Positions 61,001 to 64,000 of a stretch of 64,000 nucleotides of DNA are shown in pieces (the stretch's first letter is position 1; each line of letters opens with the position of its first letter). The stretch covers positions 1,376,001 through 1,440,000 of the forward strand of contig CAXXMV010000002.1 in NCBI GenBank assembly GCA_963662285.2, read 5' to 3'. The stretch is from a bacterium. GTDB taxonomy: Bacteria; Hinthialibacterota; Hinthialibacteria; Hinthialibacterales; Hinthialibacteraceae. The notes under the pieces were generated by a model. It was not told where the DNA came from, ran no database searches, and was given only the letters and a program-made list of their open reading frames with translations. A program made the translations under genes and the position numbers.

Positions 61001-63999
61001 TGCTTAAGCAGAAAATCTTCAACCATCAGCACCGTGGCGCCGGATGAATTCATTATCCTCAGTTGGCATTTTAACAATTTATCCTGAATAACAACGCGGG
61101 TATGGCAATACAGGTCGCCTTCCAGCGACCCGGTAAACACAAGTTTCCCGAATTGCAGCGGGATCAATACCGACTCCCCTTCAAGCATGGAATCAGCGGT
61201 CTTATTTATAGCCGGTAAAACCGTTTGCAGGAGAGAATCTATCAGACCGGGATGAACCGCATTATCATCGGTTTTACCAACGGGAACAACTAAACACAGC
61301 ACTTCATCTTTCCACTGATATATCTCTCTTACGCATTTGAAATGCGGCCCGAACTCATAGCCTGCCTGCGCCATATATGCTATAAATTCTTCCTGCGTCA
61401 TAGGAGAATCGACGAATTTCTTTTTCAGTTCCTCCAGACTTTCCCATTGCTCATCTTTATCATAGGTTCCAGAAAATTTGGTGAATTCTCCCTGGCAATG
61501 AGTAATCCACGCGGCATCTGTTGCGTCATCCGGTTTACTGGTTAATTGGAAGGATGGCCGATTGGATGAAGCATCTTTTACCACCATCTGAACGATGCGC
61601 TGTTGTTCACTTTTTAACGTCAATGGAGAGGTCAGGCTGACATTCTCCATGACGCATGCGCCATGCGATATGGCATTGCGCCAGGCGGATAACGCCATAC
61701 ATATATGCCCGGCGCCTGGTGAAATGATGTTTCCAAAAATGTGGTGTTCTTTCAAGAAACCCGGATTCGATTCAGTAAAAACATTGTTATAAAGTATCAT
61801 GTCATCGGGCAGGAAGGACGATGATATCCGCTCGCCTAAATAGGGATGCATGCCCTTGCCGCGATGTTGATCGATTGAAGAAGAAACCACAGGATTCAGA
61901 TAATATGATTTCTTTTGATATGAATAATTAGGCAGAATAACTTTTTCTCTTTTATATGGTTTATCAAATCCCCGCCAGTCAATTTTCTCGCCATGACAAT
62001 ATAACTTGGCCAGGCTTTCTCCGATCTGCTCCCAATCATCCCGCCCCTTCTTCATAGAAGGCAGGAACAGGCAATCATTGGAAGAAATACTGCTGCGGGT
62101 CAATTGGGTTAATACGGGCATTGAACCAATTTCAACAAAGACCGTTCCACCCAATTCAGCCAAAGTTTGAGCGGTTTGGCAAAAGCGAACTGGCTTCCTA
62201 ATCTGCTGCGTCCAATACTCTGCTGTGGTGAAATCACCTGGATCAACCAGTTTTCCCGAAACAGTTGAAACTATATCAATCCGGGGAGATTGATACTGAA
62301 CCTTTGCCGCACTGGCGGCAAACTCATCAAGCATCGGTTCCATCAATCTGGAATGAAACGCATGTGACACCACCAAAGGCTTGGTCGATATTCCATTATC
62401 CTTTAAACTCTGCATTGCAGATGCTACCGACTTTTCGTCGCCTGAGATAACCACATTTTCCGGAGCGTTGCAAGCCGCAATCGATAATGCTCCATTCAAC
62501 GAATCAACAAAAGGAAGAACCGCTTCCTCACTGGCGAACACTGCCGCCATACTGCCGCCTTTTGGCAGAGACTGCATCAACCTGCCCCGCAAAGCCACCA
62601 GCCGGATGGCGTCTTCTAGGCTCATCACCCCGGCGAAACAGGCGGCGGCGTATTCACCAATGCTGTGTCCTGCAATCAAATCAGGATTAACGCCCCATGA
62701 TGACCATAACTTCGCCAGCGCATATTGGATCGCAAAAATGGCTGGCTGGGTGTTGCCTGTCTGAGATAATTCTGCATCATTGGCGTTTTCACCATACAAC
62801 ATATCAATCAAAGATTTGCTTAATTCTTTCGCCACTAGAGCATTGCATTCCTCAATGGCTTGCCGGAACACTGGTTGAGTTTCAAACAACTCCCGACCCA
62901 TTCCCGCATACTGAGAACCCTGACCTGTAAAAAGGAAAACAATCGATGAATCGGCGACAACTCCACTATTTGTGTGATAAGCCGGAGATTTTTTGTTATT
63001 CAGGCAATCCTTGATTCCTTGCTGCATCTCATCTTTGGATTTTCCTGTGAATATTGTACGGTAAGGCAGATGATTGCGCCCCACACTGGCGGTGTAGCAC
63101 GTATCGGCTAGAGAGTATGGTGTATTTTCCAGATAGTGCGCATACTTTTCCAGGTTATCATTCAGCGCCTCTTTGCTTTTGGCGCTTATCGGTAATAGAT
63201 GCAACGGTCTTTCAACTGCATTACTTTCCTCTATATGTTTTTCAGGGGGTAAAGGTTCTTCCAGAATCACATGAGCATTGGTTCCACTAAAACCGAATGA
63301 ATTAATCCCGGCTCTTCTTGGTTTATCATGCTTAGGCCAGGGGGTAAGTTCCAGTGGAACCCGAACCGGAATATCATCCCATGGAATCAGAGGATTTGGT
63401 ACATTCATATTCAAATGGGGTGGAAATTGATTATGCATCATGGATAGAACCATTTTAATCACCCCGGAAACTCCAGCCGCCGCCTCCAGATGTCCAATGT
63501 TCGATTTAACGCTGCACAAAATCAGGGGATTGGTTTTATCGTGCGAGTCTTTGATGATGCGTGCAATTGATTCAACTTCAATCGGGTCGCCCAGTTTGGT
63601 TCCCGTACCATGCGCCTCGATATAATCAATATCACTGGGCGTCAGTCCCGCATTGGATAGCGCCCTTTTTATCACCTTCTCTTGAGCTAAACCATTGGGC
63701 GCAGTCAGACCATTGCTCTTTCCATCCTGGTTCACTGCGGTGCCCCGGATTAATGCCAGGATTCTATCTCCATCCCGCTGAGCGTCGCTCAATCTCTTTA
63801 GAACAATAATCCCGCATCCTTCACCTCGCCCATACCCATCGCCCGAAGCATCAAATGTCTTGCATTTACCATCCGGAGAAATGGTGCCTAATTTGGTGGA
63901 ACAGATATGAAAAATGGGAGATAGTATCAGGTTCACTCCACCGGCAATGGCTATTTCTGATTCATTGTTGCGTAAACCCTGACAGGCCAGATGCAACGC
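58042..63999 (-). CDS. Modular type I PKS, fully reducing module KS(partial)-AT-DH-ER-KR-ACP; 5' end outside window
   Basis: KS HGTGT and NIGHLE; AT GHSIG/HAFH; DH HPYLG and [10 protein letters not shown]; [12 protein letters not shown]; [13 protein letters not shown] (B-type), YAAAN; ACP GFDSLM; frame open to the right edge. Confidence 0.95.
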   Translation of the reverse strand, partial: ALHLACQGLRNNESEIAIAGGVNLILSPIFHICSTKLGTISPDGKCKTFDASGDGYGRGEGCGIIVLKRLSDAQRDGDRILALIRGTAVNQDGKSNGLTAPNGLAQEKVIKRALSNAGLTPSDIDYIEAHGTGTKLGDPIEVESIARIIKDSHDKTNPLILCSVKSNIGHLEAAAGVSGVIKMVLSMMHNQFPPHLNMNVPNPLIPWDDIPVRVPLELTPWPKHDKPRRAGINSFGFSGTNAHVILEEPLPPEKHIEESNAVERPLHLLPISAKSKEALNDNLEKYAHYLENTPYSLADTCYTASVGRNHLPYRTIFTGKSKDEMQQGIKDCLNNKKSPAYHTNSGVVADSSIVFLFTGQGSQYAGMGRELFETQPVFRQAIEECNALVAKELSKSLIDMLYGENANDAELSQTGNTQPAIFAIQYALAKLWSSWGVNPDLIAGHSIGEYAAACFAGVMSLEDAIRLVALRGRLMQSLPKGGSMAAVFASEEAVLPFVDSLNGALSIAACNAPENVVISGDEKSVASAMQSLKDNGISTKPLVVSHAFHSRLMEPMLDEFAASAAKVQYQSPRIDIVSTVSGKLVDPGDFTTAEYWTQQIRKPVRFCQTAQTLAELGGTVFVEIGSMPVLTQLTRSSISSNDCLFLPSMKKGRDDWEQIGESLAKLYCHGEKIDWRGFDKPYKREKVILPNYSYQKKSYYLNPVVSSSIDQHRGKGMHPYLGERISSSFLPDDMILYNNVFTESNPGFLKEHHIFGNIISPGAGHICMALSAWRNAISHGACVMENVSLTSPLTLKSEQQRIVQMVVKDASSNRPSFQLTSKPDDATDAAWITHCQGEFTKFSGTYDKDEQWESLEELKKKFVDSPMTQEEFIAYMAQAGYEFGPHFKCVREIYQWKDEVLCLVVPVGKTDDNAVHPGLIDSLLQTVLPAINKTADSMLEGESVLIPLQFGKLVFTGSLEGDLYCHTRVVIQDKLLKCQLRIMNSSGATVLMVEDFLLKQTDRKTLFRQLGGEEKDWLYSIGWEEKSITTETQKIKDSRYIVFSNEPSITDALRNEIQQQGGDFIHVVEGDSYRKISDSSFAANLSSKEDIQQIVSAVSDTAKDIKVLFAMGMDDTSYSNSESSELLQKQIRLSEGMYYLVQALESLNLEHARIWIITRQSQMVQPEDRFANPYGSSLWGLGRTLVLESPLVWGGMIDVDEHLTPDGVAWLLGVLDSASEEKEFALRKNKESYVSRLRKESKNKLVQQAECYPQRSTQEAYYLDVGARGSLDELSFKTRLRKKPGLNEMEVKVYASGLNFRDVLNTLGQYPGDAGFLGYEASGVVTEIGEGITDFAVGESVIVMDAPGCICDYITCHRNAINKKPPGIGHNEAVTIPATFLTAYYALIRLAKITGDMRILIHAGTGGVGMAAIQIARDVGAEIYATAGTEEKRALLKELGVKHVFSSRTLDFADEIKEITNGAGVHVVLNSLANDFIEKSFSVLCDNGKFLEIGKKGIWTDEQVKEYNPTLQYDAFDLAAISRANPEFITEMYAEVYDKFVKQLYQPLPISVFPMEQAKEAFRFMAQAKHIGKVVLSRQNEIHRESVDNAGSVRSDAAYLVTGGLGALGLNIAEWLAEEGAGAIILTGRSGMKPAAETRIKTLQERGITVLVEQADIANPEAVEQLMTSIHDLDYPLKGVIHAAGVLDDGMGNEQDGNRLRKVMLPKIQGTCNLHNALMDHNLDFFVLFSSVVTVIGNLGQSNYAAANGFMDGFAHYRKHLGYPCQAINWGPWAEAGMAATVTVDRFSSQGIRSMPSDDCLRLFKRLLDGDMTQPSVLDVDWRTYAKSHNYDSSAGLFANLIGSSQSEQKTSQAEDSNQTDIIKQLEEAQTGAQNKILLDYLVRLSQEVLGYSESELISKTQPLADQGFDSLMTVDIRNRLSKKLNKPLPVSLLFDYPTLEKIADFILTSVLDITKTESTSQTDQEKNKLDNESMLQEIEELIKP

Positions 64000-64000
64000 A

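Noticed and set aside
38218-63809. Numerous 60-130 aa ORFs overlapping the PKS/NRPS genes
   Set aside because: Antisense or out-of-frame shadows with no motifs or RBS support

Overview
AT-rich, Gram-negative-type bacterial chromosome segment. The gene content (HzsA-like heme protein, PQQ-propeller/malectin protein, 'CxVPVFRYALERW' protein) resembles Planctomycetota or related candidate phyla; the taxonomy is inference only. Bases 1-25.6 kb are a mosaic of housekeeping genes (gatB, metG, amtB, a DAACS symporter), secreted proteins, two gene fragments (P-II, ACR3), REP-like repeats and a KAP NTPase-FGE/C-lectin fusion. From about 25.6 kb to the right edge lies the distal part of a large PKS/NRPS cluster. 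The assembly line is a reducing PKS module (KS-AT-DH-ER-KR-ACP, cut by the window edge), then KS-AT-ACP-aminotransferase-C-A(Thr)-T-E-C-A(?)-T-C-A(Phe)-T, then C-A(Tyr-like)-T-E*, with no thioesterase in view; this predicts a beta-amino-acyl lipopeptide. Beside it are a secreted beta-lactamase-family peptidase, an AsnB-like amidotransferase, an Sfp PPTase and a SyrD-type exporter. The most unusual part is the accessory block: two DUF697 paralogs, an unannotated 52-aa membrane protein, an SPFH/prohibitin protein, an orphan ParA coupled to one DUF697, and a solute-binding protein fused to a ribbon-helix-helix-like domain. This could be a membrane-scaffolding or positioning system for the megasynthase (hypothesis). 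All family calls come from motif recognition by eye; no database searches were run. No rRNA, tRNA, CRISPR array or transposase was recognised.
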